Below, in pieces: positions 24,583 to 38,800 of a stretch of DNA of 64,000 nt. This DNA comes from Tubulanus polymorphus (taxonomy: Eukaryota; Animalia; Nemertea). Positions within the stretch are counted from its first letter, which is position 1, and the number at the start of each line of letters is the position of its first letter. The position numbers and the translations under genes are program-made. The notes under the pieces were generated by a model. It saw only the letters and a program-made list of their open reading frames with translations. It was not told the DNA's origin and ran no database searches. The DNA is taken from positions 3,124,175-3,188,174 of the forward strand of contig NC_134032.1 of the NCBI RefSeq assembly GCF_964204645.1. Direction: 5' to 3'.

Positions 24583-27500
24583 CATTATGAGAATGCCGGT
24601 TTGCTAGCGTATCTATTTAACACCCGTATTGCTCGGGTTAGTTTTACTATCAACGGGTGGCGCTGTATGTAAATTTCACATAAATCAACGACTTTCGGCT
24701 ATTAGCGGTACTTAAGACCACTTGAAAACATCGTAGTCAATTACGCGGTAGTAGTGAAAATAAAAAGTTACAGTTCGGTGTACAGCACCATAGCACCCAT
24801 ATAATACCACATACATTTTATTCAGACTAAGGACTATTAGTTAACACTGATCTTCATTTCCATTAATTAATGATCTGTTGAATTAATTAGTAATCCAGTC
24901 TTTCGGTGTTCGAGATAAAATGCCCGCAAAATAAGAACTAACGAACCAGGGCTGACCACAAATTGCCCAACAGATAGATTTAAAATTTTTGGAAACGTTT
25001 TGACAAGTACTGGCTATATAGGCCCTAGTAAATTATCTGTTTTGCAAACAATTAAGTTGTTTGGTGTCAAATAACTAGATATGATGTGGACATTAAATTA
25101 AAAATTGTTTAACTGACCAATGCTTGACCAGTACTGACCAATTACCACTAACTAGAACCCACCATAAGTAATTTATATGTTTAGTAAAGCAATAAAATCG
25201 TGTTTGGGCGTCGAGCTACTAGATACGATGCGGGCTATGATCTAACAACTATTTAACTGACCAATATTTTACCAATACTGACCTTAAAGTAATTTGTTTA
25301 TTCTAGAAGCAACACAGTCGTGTTTGGTGTCAAATAATTAGAAATGGTGTGGGCTTTCATCTAACAACTATTCAAGTGACCAAATATTGACCAATACTGA
25401 CCACATAGCTATATTTATCTGTTTCGGACACAACTTAGTCGTGTCTCGTATCAAATAATTTCATTCGGTCTGAACGTTAATATAATAACTCTTTTACCTG
25501 TACAAGCTACACCAGTACTGTCTAATTACCGATTAAATGTTTTTAGAAATAACACGGGGTATTGCCTGAATCCTTCGTCAGTACTACTCTTATTAAATGT
25601 GTCGTTTTAAAAGTCTTGTCCAATTTTTATTGTAGGAAGCGAGCTAACTTTGAAATTTCCCACTAAATGCAAAAGATTTTTACGTAGGGTTTTGAACGAA
25701 CAACGTTTCGATTTGTAATTGTAACGTGCGCATTTGAGCCTGTAACGTGCACATTTCACTAGTGTGAACGTGCGTATCGGTACCAACATGCGAAACTTGT
25801 CAAACTTTTGCGTTCAAGACGTTTAAACTGAACACTAAAGGAGATATTATATCATATCATATCATATCATATCATATCATATCATATCATATATATATGA
25901 ATAATGAATAGATGGAAGATAATGTAGTAGTTTTGAATGTTTCGTAACTGCCGTCCACTGACCGCAGATCATCAAAGTTAATCGCCTCATATGAAATATG
26001 TATTCGTTATAAGGGATGTAGTAGTTCAGTGAGAATTCAAACTTATGGGTAATTTTAAGTGATCACAACGCTGACCAATAGAGAAAGCTGTATCACAACA
26101 GAAGTGCGACTAACGTATCTTATTGAAACATTGTAAAATACCGGAGAGTAAATGGGAGAACCCTGAATTCGAAACAATTCCACACTCGGATCGTTTACTT
26201 TGAAAACACAATTTGCAATTTGTGGACATGCATTATTTCTGCACCAAAAGCATGAAGTATATTATCTTTGCTCGTAAAAATTTGAAATTTTGAGGAAGAT
26301 TTTTGGCCTCGTTTACCTGTGAACACGTCCTTCATATATCTTCTAAGACCGATCTTGATATAATGCTGAGAGTTTAGAGAAAATTATGGTAGGATGTAAA
26401 CTTAGGCCGCTTCGTATCCGTGGAAGGTTGCTAATTATTGATCTTATACACAATAATCATAAGTACGTAACACGAGACTCCATAGAATATCGTTTTTCAA
26501 TCATACGTACACAAATTATTGCGATATAAAGATAAATAGTACTTTAATATACTTTTTACTTCTTATACTGAATATTTCTTTAGTAGTATTAATAAAGAGT
26601 GGATCAGCAGGCTACCTGAGCCCATTCCACGATTTGAGGTCAGTTGCCAAAAGTTAGTAAGTTTACATACCAGTGGATAGTTAACATTTAAAATGACAAT
26701 TAAAACTTCATTGCTAAAAATAACTTTGTATTCGTAGAATAGTTACACTCAAATGCGGAGAATTGATAATACTATAATACGATACGAAAATTCACTGTGT
26801 ACAAATTCAAAAAGATGATCTCTAGTGAACGATCGAACGTTGTGTCGTTATTTTCTAATGATAAAACTTGGTTTGAGATTTGAAATGTGTACATATTGGA
26901 TCTTTTTCATATTAACAGTGTATTTGGTCATGTATCATATTGTATAATGGTTAATTTAAACTAACTGGTTTTAGAGTTGTATCCTTAAATCCTGTAATAG
27001 AGGATGCAATCTTTTTGCGGCAAACAGTACAAATAGCTAGAAAAAGCAACGATAGTGCATTGGTAAACTTAAAGCAAGCGTACAATTGGTTGTTTAGGTT
27101 TTTCGTTGGGAAAATTAATGTTTAATCATTATTGAAATATCCGAGGCGAGCTTTTCCAGGAATTTACAAAGTTGAGCTTTACACAAGGAATTTTTTTTGT
27201 GGTCCGATATCCGTGATTACCTCTGGCTTGGAGAGATACAATCTAAAACCAACCGTCGAGTCAAATATTTTCGTAAAAGCGCCTTTAGTCGTCATGAACA
27301 CCCGATTTGAATTCAAATTCAAAAGACTCCTAAAAACGCACCTGTTTACTCGATTACTGTAAAGCGCTTGAGCATTTATATGCAAGAATCAGTGAAATTG
27401 GCGCTTTATCAGTTGTATTCATCATTCAAACCATTATTCTCCTTATCCTATGAATTTGGAGACCCATCCTCGCATGAGAATGAATATAATGTGATTCAAT

Positions 27501-30500
27501 TAAAGATGACACATGGCCTCAATATCATAACGTTATGTTTTTTAACGGGTGGGCGAGATTATATTCTTATGTTTTTGTTTCTCTGAATGTCGCTATTTAA
27601 GAGTTCAATAATAATTTCAGTCAACCAAACAAAGGATTTTTCTGTATGTTTCGTGTCCTGTTTTTCCATAACCCTAGGACTGCATTTTAGGTATTTTTCC
27701 TGGATGACCGAACGCTGCTGTTCTTTTCTAGTAATTTGATGATATCTGTCGAAATCTAAATTTTAAAAAGGAATCAGGCATATCTCCTTGTTTGATTAAG
27801 TAAGAACTCAACTTTAAGGGACACTCCCTTAAAGGCGCCGAAGTAAAATTAGGAGTCTTTTGAATTTGAATTCAAATCGGGTGTTCATGACGACTATAGG
27901 CGCTTTTACGAAACTGAATCTTTGTAAATCGATTTAAGTTTCACGTTTACGGCACGCGGTCGGTTAGTGAATCCGATTTGGTAAATCAAATCGTTTATGG
28001 ACGCGGTTTAGTAAATTGATTTATTAAATCGACTAACTTGCTCGGCGAGCAAGTTAGTGGCGATTTAGTCAGTGAAATCCAACTTGGCGTCCTCTTCGAC
28101 CGCAGGCTAAAGACATCTATTGCAGACCATCATCTATCAATAATTCGGTCACCATTGACGCCCATTTTCTTTCGAATCGCGACCTTTAGATTGATAAATT
28201 GATTCGACTCGTTTACGAAAAACGATTCGATTTACAACATCGAATCGGAATTTAATTAAACCGAATCAGATTCAATTTCGTAAAAGCGCCTTATAATTGA
28301 GCATTTTAGGGCTGGAGCAAGAAACGTGTGGGATCGTCCGCCAAGGTATCGCTAAGGAGTCAGTCCGTGGTGGCTTTTGAAAGCGACGACCGCATATGAA
28401 TGCATTGATTGAATGACATCTCAAAAGTCAGATTATATAAAATTAAACATGATATACGGAAAGGTTCTTCCAATTAGGCCTATACTGGTAAAAATGAAAT
28501 GACCCAATATGTGACATAAATGTTCAATCAAAAAGTAGAAAGTGAATCCGTAATTCAGTATGGTAGGCCTATTGTTACAACATCAAACACTAAAATTCAA
28601 TCCTTTGTTAAATTGGAAGCCAGTGTAGATGAGCAAGTATCGTGGTCCCTGATTTTAGTTATCGTAATAATTCAAGGCACGCGATTTTGAACTGTTCAAC
28701 AAGTTGGAGTTTGTGTAAAGATGAATGAGTTTGAAATGGAGTGGACTTCAGATATTACTGTTTGCATGCCTATGTCTATTACTTAATCTTTTTACTAATC
28801 ATAGAAAATTGTGGTAAAATATTTGACTCGACGGTTGGTTTTAGATTGTATCTCTCCAAGCCAGAGGTAATCACGGATATCGGACCACAAAAAAAATTCC
28901 TTGTGTAAAGCTCAACTTTGTAAATTCCTGGAAAAGCTCGCCTCGGATATTTCAATAATGATTAAACATAAATTTTCCCAACGAAAAACCTAAACAACCA
29001 ATTGTACGCTTGCTTTAAGTTTACCAATGCACTATCGTTGCTTTTTCTAGCTATTTGTACTGTTTGCCACAAAAAGATTGCATCCTCTATTACAGGATTT
29101 AAGGATACAACTCTAAAACCAGTTAGTTTAAATTAACCATTATACAATATGATACATGACCAAATACACTGTTAATATGAAAAAGATCCAATATGTACAC
29201 ATTTCAAATCTCAAACCAAGTTTTATCATTAGAAAATAACGACACAACGTTCGATCGTTCACTAGAGATCATCTTTTTGAATTTGTACACAGTGAATTTT
29301 CGTATCGTATTATAGTATTATCAATTCTCCGCATTTGAGTGTAACTATTCTACGAATACAAAGTTATTTTTAGCAATGAAGTTTTAATTGTCATTTTAAA
29401 TGTTAACTATCCACTGGTATGTAAAATTACTAACTTTTGGCAACTGACCTCAAATCGTGGAATGGGCTCAGGTAGCCTGCTGATCCACTCTTTATTAATA
29501 CTACTAAAGAAATATTCAGTATAAGAAGTAAAAAGTATATTAAAGTACTATTTATCTTTATATCGCAATAATTTGTGTACGTATGATTGAAAAACGATAT
29601 TCTATGGAGTCTCGTGTTACGTACTTATGATTATTGTGTATAAGATCAATAATTAGCAACCTTCCACGGATACGAAGCGGCCTAAGTTTACATCCTACCA
29701 TAATTTTCTCTAAACTCTCAGCATTATATCAAGATCGGTCTTAGAAGATATATGAAGGACGTGTTCACAGGTTAACGAGGCCAAAAATCTTCCTCAAAAT
29801 TTCAAATTTTTACGAGCAAAGATAATATACTTCATGCTTTTGGTGCAGAAATAATGCATGTCCACAAATTGCAAATTGTGTTTTCAAAGTAAACGATCCG
29901 AGTGTGAAATTGTTTCGAATTCAGGGTTCTCCCATTTACTCTCCGGTATTTTAAATGTTTCAATAAGATACGGTAGTCGCACTTCTGTTGTGATACAGCT
30001 TTCTCTATTGGTCAGCGTTGTGATCACTTAAAATTACCCATAAGTTTGAATTCTCACTGAACTACTACATCCCTTATAACGAATATATATTTCAAATGAG
30101 GCGATTAACTTTGATGATCTGCGGTCAGTGGACAGCAGTTACGAAACATTCAAAACTACTACATTATCTTCCATCTATTCATTATTCATAAATTATATGA
30201 TATGATATGATATGATATAATATCTCCTTTAGTGTTCAGTTTAAACGTCTTGAACGCAAAAGTTTGACAAGTTTCGCATGTTGGTACCGATACGCACGTT
30301 CACACTAGTGAAATGTGCACGTTACAGGCTCAAATGCGCACGTTACAATTACAAATCGAAACGTTGTTCGTTCAAAACCCGATGTGAAAATCTTTTGCAT
30401 TTAGTGGGAAATTTCAAAGTTAGCTCGCTTCCTACAATAAAAATTGGACAAGACTTTTAAAACGACACATATAATAAGAGTAGTACTGACGAAGGATTCA

Positions 30501-31539
30501 GGCAATACCCCGTGTTATTTCTAAAAACATTTAACCGGTAATTAGACAGTACTGGTGTAGCTTGTACAGGTAAAAGAGTTGTTATATTTACGTTCAGACC
30601 GAATGAAATTATTTGATACGAGACACGACTAAGTTGTGTCCGAAACAGATAAATATAGCTATGTGGTCAGTATTGGTCGAGATTTGGTCACTTGAATAGT
30701 TGTTAGATGAAAGCCCACACCATTTCTAATTATTTGACACCAAACACGACTGTGTTGCTTCTAGAATAAACAAATTACTTTAAGGTCAGTATTGGTAAAA
30801 TATTGGTCAGTTAAATAGTTGTTAGATCATAGCCCGCACCGTATCTAGTAGCTCGACGCCCAAACACGATTTTATTGCTTTACTAAACATATGAATTACA
30901 TATGGTGGGTTCTAGTTAGTGGTAACTGGTCAGTACTGGTCAAGCATTGGTCAGTTAAACAATTTTTAGTTTAATATCCACATTATATCTAGTTATTTGA
31001 CACCAAATAACTTAATTGTTTGCAAAACAGATAATTTACTATATAGCCAGTACTGGTCATGCATTGGTCAGTTGATAGACCAAGGTCCACGCCACGAGTT
31101 ATTTGATACTAAACATTATTGTGTCGTTTCGGAAAATTTATCTGTTGGGCAATTTGTGGTCAGCCCTGGTTCGTTATTTCTTATTTTGCGGGCATTTTAT
31201 CTCGAACCACCGAAAGACTGAATTAGGCTACTAATTAATTCAACAGATCATTAATTAATGGAAATGAAGATCAGTGTTAACTAAGTCCTTAGTCTGAATG
31301 AAATGTATGTGGTATTATATGGGTGCTATGGTGCTGTACACCGAACTGTAACTTTTTATTTTCACTACTACCGTAATCGACTATGATGTTTTCAAGTGGT
31401 CTTAAGTACCGCTAATAGCCGAAAGTCGTTGATTTATGTGAAATTTACACACAGCGCCACCCGTTGGTAGTAAAACTAACCCGAGCAATACGGGTGTTAG
31501 CCTAAATAGATACGCTAGCAAACCGGCATTCTCATAATG
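24583..31539. mobile_element. Foldback-type element: ~2.7-kb near-identical inverted arms (24583-27271, 28816-31539) around a 1.5-kb spacer
   Basis: Arms are reverse complements (mirror ORFs 25607-25789 and 30278-30460); ends CATTATGAGAAT...ATTCTCATAATG; degenerate subterminal repeats; no transposase. Confidence 0.85.
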
Positions 31540-32413
31540 GTGAAATACCAACTGCGCACCCCTCGACGGAGAAACCCATCCTCATCGGAGCTGCACCGTC
31601 GATGTCATACAACTACACTTCGGATACCCCTGAGGACCATACTCTCATCTGGAAAATTTGCGTCTCGAAATGTGCTTCCTTTCTATCTAGTCAACACGCG
31701 GGATCATCAACTAAGAGAACTTCTACATCATTACCCGAAAAAAATAACTAAAATAAACGATCGGACTATTTACACGTAGAAAACGACCAAAAAAATAAAA
31801 AAATGGACGAAATGATCTTCAACCTTGTAATTGACGGACGCCGGGCGCCGAAGGCACCCGGAGGATGTCCCTTTGGTAAACGTGTAGACTAGCTGACAAA
31901 GTCAGAAAAAAATGACGTCACTTGACGTCCGGTTTGAAGAGCTCAGACCACTATTCCAAAATCTTCTATATCCTATAGTAAAAACAAGAAATTCAAGAGT
32001 TTAGTTCATATATAAGCGCGTAAATTCAGGGGAAATCCTGCTTATGGCTCATAGGCCAGCATCTTAGCTACGCATTGAAGTGGTTTTCGCCCCACATACC
32101 CAACCTAACTTTTGAAATAATCAAACCTTTAGAAAGGAGGGGTATCCCGGTACAGGTATGCCAGTACATCCGAGCCAAATATCTAAGGGAATCCCCCACC
32201 GTGTTTGGTACCCTTACTCCAAGCAAAAAAAGTCCAGGGAATCCCTTATTTCATCATCAATCTGTCTCTCAGGATCAATGGATTTCATACATATAACCGA
32301 AATTCGTTACCTATTCCATTTGCAGAAATTATGGCAACATTTATGGGGGACCTCTTCTTCACTCTAGGTACTATTTTTGGGGTCCGGCCCTACGCATTTT
32401 CGAGCTACTAACC

Positions 32414-32965
32414 TACTAATGTCTATTTATTAATTGATGAGACCTGTTTTTCTTGGATATTTTGCTAACTTTTTGGGGTACATACCTCATTTATGTCTTA
32501 ACAGAATGCCAAAAATCGCGGACAACAACTGAATATCCGATATATTTCCAGTTCTGTACCAATTAGATGCATTGGCAAAAAGACTCCTTAAGTCCAGTTG
32601 AATGAGAGAGAAAATCCTCCATTTTGTCAAATTTCTTGAATTTTTACATTGTCACCATGCCTACGAAATGAAGTTATTTTTCTTGTGGGGTCTCAACAAC
32701 TAAATCAGGGTGGCGTAGGCATGGTAACAATGTTCAAATCCAAGAAATTTGACAAAATGGAGGATTTTCTCTCTCATTCAACTGGACTTAAGGAGTCTTT
32801 TTGCCAATCCATCTAATTGGTACAGAACTGGAAATATATCGGATATTCAGTTGTTGTCCGCGATTTTTGGCATTCTGTTAAGACATAAATGAGGTATGTA
32901 CCCCAAAAAGTAAGCAAAATATCCAAGAAAAACAGGTCTCATCAATTAATAAATAGACATTAGTA
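32414..32965. mobile_element. Hairpin MITE with ~250-bp arms, TA flanks
   Basis: tactaatgtctatttattaattgatgag.. is reverse complementary to ..ctcatcaattaataaatagacattagta. Confidence 0.8.
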
Positions 32966-34292
32966 ATTGTGGTCTGATGCCTGAAGTTCATGGGGAAATC
33001 GGAAGTAGAATTACGTCACGCTAAAATCCGGCAGCCCATTAACTAAATAAAATAAGCCAATTTATGGATCGGGTTATTTCAGAATTTATTTATTTCATGA
33101 AATTTCGAACAAGATTGGGTCGATGAATAGTTTAACAATGAACCGCGTTGATCGAACGAGTTCGAAAATAGCTGAAATCCCCTTAGCAACGGGAGTGAAT
33201 TCATAATAAACAAACCACGCGCCGGCCGCGGCCCGGTGCCACGCGGTTCGGCGCGCAGGTTCGAATTCCGGAGAATTACGCTCTCGCGCGCGCAGCTGTC
33301 ATTCCCAGCGGCAGCACTGAAATACACTTTTTTAATCAAAAGTAACGACCCTAAAAACTGCGGTGAGAGTCGCGTTAGAGTCTTAAAATTTCTCGGCCAG
33401 CGCGGCGGCGGATCGGCACGGAAGGCGTAGTCTCGCTCTCGAGCAGCAGCGACATCGCGGTCGGCAAAAACATTAGTCTCCGCCCCTTCTTCAGCAAATA
33501 AGGAATTCGGAATCGCTGGCCACGTGCACTGCTTATTTTGAACCGTATTCCCGGCGGATTAGAAAGAAATGTATATTTTTCGCAAGAGAAATCAATTTTT
33601 GTACAGACATACGCATTTCCTGCTAATTCGAGTTTTTTCTAGCAGAAAATAATTTTCCGATTTGTGCGTTTCAAACGCGTATTCGATTTTTTTTCTTTTT
33701 GAAGCTAATTAAGAAATGCGTTGTAATCTTCTCATCTTCCTTTTATTTCCAAATGGAGCTAATTTCTAAATTAACTACCAGGTCAAAATTCTTCAATATT
33801 GCAAAAACCCCTCTCAGTTTCCACCATAGAAATGTCATTGGTTACATTATGGTTTCACAAGGAGTTTTAAACCATTAAAAAATGACACTTTATCTAAACC
33901 GAAAGAATAATCTTTTTAGCAGACAGTGGTACCGAGACCTGATTTATAAGAAATTTTTCAAGTTTTTTTTCTCGCAAAAATTAAAACATTAAATTTCATT
34001 TGATCTTATAATATAAGATTAAAGAATTATGAGGTTTGATTCATTTCTGAAATTTGGGCTTATAATATATCAAGCCCAAATTTCAGAAATGAATCAAAAC
34101 TTACAGTTACAGAGTTACAGTTTCATCTTCTTTCTTCCCACCCCTTAACTCGAGCATTAATTTTAAATTTTCCAAGTTTTGACTAAGAATTGATTTAATT
34201 TCTTCATTAATTCATTGCTTTGGGTTCAACTACAGTACAATTTCAATATGAAATATTGGAGTTGATTCTCTTTCCAGTTTCATTAACAACAT

Positions 34293-35440
34293 TTAAGTGT
34301 GCTCCTTGTCACTGACAATATTTTGAGTGTTTTCGACTTCGTTACCCCGTACTTGAGGTTGTTTTCCCCCATCGCTATCATTTCTTACTATGAAAAATTG
34401 AATCAAGCTGTGACGAGGCGTCCGTCACTTAGATTTCATCTATTACATATTATCATATTATGTAGTACAGCTTATTTTTTGCGACAGCGCCACGGCGCTG
34501 GAGCATATTAACCATCTGGTGTCTTCCAATACCACCACCCAGTGGGCTCAAATTCAAGTTCAAATATACTTTATTGATACTCATCAAATATACTTAATTG
34601 TTACTTTATTCAATACAATATTGTTCCCAGTACTGCAAATACATCAGATTTCTGCAATTAAGTAGAAAGAACACAAATAAAATTAAGAATCTTTTAGTAT
34701 TCAGAAAACAACGTACAAGTTATTTTTCAATTTTAATTAGCAATGAGATAATTTTTTTGCGACGCTCACGCATTCCCTTTCTGGAAGGCAGATCGGCTCT
34801 TCCCTGAAAAATTAATTGCTGAATCGACGTCCCGCTAATGATGAAAACTATCTTTAGATCCCCTGATTTCAAAATTCAAAAATATAGATTTATATGAACC
34901 TTAGGTCTACCTTGTAATTAACAAATTATTCGAAAGCAAAGATCTTGCATTCGAGTTTATTCATTTTAAGCAGTTTCGTTATTTCAAGCCCCGGATTGAT
35001 TGTCTAAATCTCTTTGCTCCTCTCATGACTTGTATTCAATTAAATTTTCTATTCTCATTCTACAATTGGTACGTGAATACTATCAACGGTAGCATTTCTT
35101 TCTTTTCATTTCGTTTTTCATAATGATTTTGTAATATTTAAATCTTCATTTTATCGTGACGGGTGCTTCCGCTTTTAAACTGTTAGTTTATTACTTCAGA
35201 TTTTGTAATCTTCATTAATTTATTCATTCTTTATGACTTCTCTCTCCAAAATCGGAATAATTGTATCCTTAGACGCTTTTGATCTTGATTTTTAATGACT
35301 TTGCAAAACCACCTGTTGCAGTATATTTCCTTTTAGAAATATACCTTGTCTCCCTCTCTTATGCTGCAACCACCATGACACGTAGACACAAATATATCAG
35401 TTGATAATAATATCAAGACAGCGTTTCTTGTGTTCATCAT
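34293..35440 (-). CDS. Possible small secreted protein (74 aa; exons 35440-35345, 34803-34770, 34387-34293)
   Basis: MMNTRNAVLILLSTDIFVSTCHGG signal-like start; canonical, phase-compatible splice sites; no recognised domain. Confidence 0.3.
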
Positions 35441-35627
35441 AACCTAGAGGAAACCATCACATAATCCATATATCTAACGTACGTACATACACACCGCAGT
35501 GCATGGCATTCACGTATAACCGCGCGTTGCACTACTGCGCTCTCCTAGCGCGTACTATAAATACTGTCATACGCTGTCTGTTCGTTTAAGACGTTTTTAA
35601 TTGAAATAAGCTTTATTAGGAACGCAT

Positions 35628-35834
35628 TTGGTAAAAGTGCAGATCCGCACCTCTCGTGATTGACGCAATCTGCTGAATGACAGAATCCAGGCTAAAATCT
35701 TTCTAGTGAAGATTTAAAATTAACCAATGGCAATGTACTGAATTGCTGATGATATTTTGAATCTGAAACAATGATATTTAATGTAATTGATTGAACCGTT
35801 TAACGCGGAGAGGTGCGGATCTGCACTTTTACCA
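35628..35834. mobile_element. MITE
   Basis: tggtaaaagtgcagatccgcacctctc / gagaggtgcggatctgcacttttacca. Confidence 0.8.
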
Positions 35835-38800
35835 CGCTTTTTGTCGTGGATAATCATTTGAACTATTTCTGTGGCAACTATAAATAAGTGTGCTCCTCTT
35901 TTAATTTCGTAAGATGCTTCGTCGATGGATACTTAGATTAATAGTTTAAGGTAACCTGGTTGGTATAAGCCCATCCGATTATAAAAAGCTTACCACCAAC
36001 GATTAGGTAACTAACTAACAGACACAGGGACCTCATTCGGTGTCAATAACCACTTTCACTAGGCCGTACTAGCTGCGTGCACATGGTGCAGGCGATAGTT
36101 TCACAGATTTAGTTGAGCTGTTACAATTCCTTTTTATCCTCTTTTCTACATCTTCAGCAGGTTACCACCAGCTGACGCAACCAGTTTCGCCATATTTTCC
36201 CACGGCACCTCGTTTCAGAGGTGTGAAAATGATAATCTGTTAATCCATTAAACAAGTGCTGAAAACTGCTGAAAACTTTTTGCTTACTAGAGTAATTGTA
36301 GGTTTAGCTCCCCTTTTCAACCACCCTCCCCCAACCTCTCAGTCAGTCTCCCTGTTAATGTGTTTCTCTAATGACTGTTTCAATTATATATTATAGGTTA
36401 TCCTCTCCGGACTGCCGTGTAAACTTCCTCATTAATACTGGACGTGGACTTCAACCGAAATTCATCAGTTTTACTTCTTCAGTCCACTTCTTCTGGACTA
36501 CTAGTGAACTAACCGGACTATATGTTAACTAACCGGACTACTAGTGAACAGACCGGACTATAAGTGACCTAACTGGACTATAAGTGAATTTACTGGATGT
36601 GAACTAACTGGACTATATTAGTTCACTAACTAGATAGTGAATTGGTACTCGTGAAAAAACATCAGTGGTGGACTCCTGAAGGCCAGACAAAGATCAGTCG
36701 AACTTTCTATATGGCAGTGCCACGTTGTGGTGCCAATGTTGGTTGTTTTACATGTCAGTAAATATGTTGTAACATACCCATCTCAAACTATGGCTGTACT
36801 GTGATAGCCTTGTCTTACTATCATTTAGCTGTATTTGTTGTCTGAGAATAAAACGGCTTTCATATTCATTATTCATGTTAAATTTTTCATTTGTTTGGTT
36901 AAATGCCAGTAAATCGCCCCTTAGCCCGACCCTGCCAGTAAACAACCCCATAGCCCGACCCTGCCAGTCAATCGCCCCATAGCCCGATCCTGCCAGTAAA
37001 TCGTCCCATACCTCATCCTGACAGTAAATCGCCGCATAGCTCACCCTCGCAGGTACATCTTCGTCCAAAACAGTTCGGTTCTACCAGTCGTACCCTCGGT
37101 TTTTGTTGTTAGTAGCCGTCATATTGGCTCCCTCCCCGAAAAACATACTATTTTTTCTGACTTATTAATGTAATTTTTCTGACTTCATAAAACGTACAAG
37201 TTTCCGATCCATACATTGCTACAGCTCCGGACAAATATTTACCACATGCAGTTTGTCTGAATTTGGCGTGCACATTTTTATTACCGATCATCCGCCGCCC
37301 TAGCAATGAGGCTTGTGTGAGGTTGAAAATATTAATATTTTTGCAACAGAAAATAAGTCGGAACAAATTGTTAGATGGAAAAGGCCAAGCGCCCCAGCTG
37401 CTTGACGTTTATTTGAAAAATTATACCAAAACACGTGACAACCTAATTTGCTGTCACGTACAAAATTGCAATATCATCAATCTAACAAAGAAATACAAAG
37501 TCATACAAAACTAACTAGGTCAACCGCCCCAGCTGGATTGACCTAGTTTCTGATTTAAACAATTATCGGAAAAAATACTACGCGGTCAAACGCCCCTGCT
37601 GTTTGACCTATTTATGAATACAAGTAACTACACCACTATTACTAAGAAGTCAAACGCCCCAGCTGTTTGACCTAGTTCGGAGTAAAAAGTCCTCGATTAA
37701 TCGTAAGTGGGCTGTAAAAATGGGCTAGAAAAGATTAATCGTAAGAGGGCCAACAAATGCCGTAGGCGCAGGTAGGGGATGGAGGGTGGTAAAATGTTAA
37801 ACTTTACGCCTGAGTTCCGGAACTGAAAGGACGTGTTTACTTCGCGTTGATTGGCTGGTTGGCTAATAGCCCGAGGGCGGCGCCACCGGCTGGTGCTGTT
37901 GCCCGCCGGGAGAAGAACTTCATTTTCTGTCTGATGGGCAACTGGTCATTCGCACATCATTTGTTTTAGAGACACTGAATACACTTTTTCCTTAGACTTT
38001 TTAAACTTCCTGCAACGAAGCGACGGGCTTTAAGTCGAAAAGCGACTCGACGCCTACCAACGTAATTCGCCGGATTATCGTCGATTAGCGGTACTACATA
38101 ACCCCAGCGTATTCAAACTTCGAAGCATTTTCAAACTTCAAAAGGAAAGATGCCATTGATCGCAATTCAAGAATGGCCAGTGACCTACCTGCGTTACCTT
38201 TTGAAATCATTCGCCGAAGCTTTTATTATCGGTGATGCAACCAATCACCGGCTACGAATTTGAAAGGGGTCAGTTAAAAACTAGTTGGTGCTCCTACAAG
38301 TCGTCAATACACTTGGGAATTCTACACAGTGTTGAAGTCTCTGTCGCTGGATATTGCACAGATAGGACACGTATTGGAAAAAGAGAATTTTCATTAGATT
38401 GTAACAAACGCAGCTGAGCTGATATGAACTATTTGTTGTAAATACAACTGGATTTTGGCAACAGGACACGGAATTAAAAATGACTTCAAAATTGACTCAT
38501 GAATAAAAGAAGGATTAAATTGACCTCAGCCTCCATCGCGTTACAAGGTTGCTGTAAGGTAGGTGGAGCATTTATTTAACATTAGCGGTCGAAATTATGT
38601 TTTATAGGTTTAGATTTAGAAAAAAATAGTTGCGCTTTAGGTTAGGGTTAAGGTTAGGTTTAATTAACAGGTACCTGTACCCAGTGTTACAGCTTCATGG
38701 AAGAACAGACACGATGAAAAACAAGAGCGGTCCGAATTGAATAAGGTAGGACATATTTCAGCGTGGACTTGTCAACTAGAGTTGATACGTCCATGATTTC

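Noticed and set aside
25607-30460. Duplicated 60-aa ORFs as genes
   Set aside because: Mirror images within the foldback arms, with no coding features
33160-33480. GC-rich island with short ORFs
   Set aside because: No recognisable domain, RNA fold or boundaries; probably repeat-internal
34033-34099. Near-perfect 29-bp-stem hairpin (possible miRNA)
   Set aside because: AT-rich perfect palindrome typical of MITE remnants; no other support
38636-38662. Telomere-like ttaggg motifs (also ~15200)
   Set aside because: Only a few degenerate units, common inside invertebrate repeats
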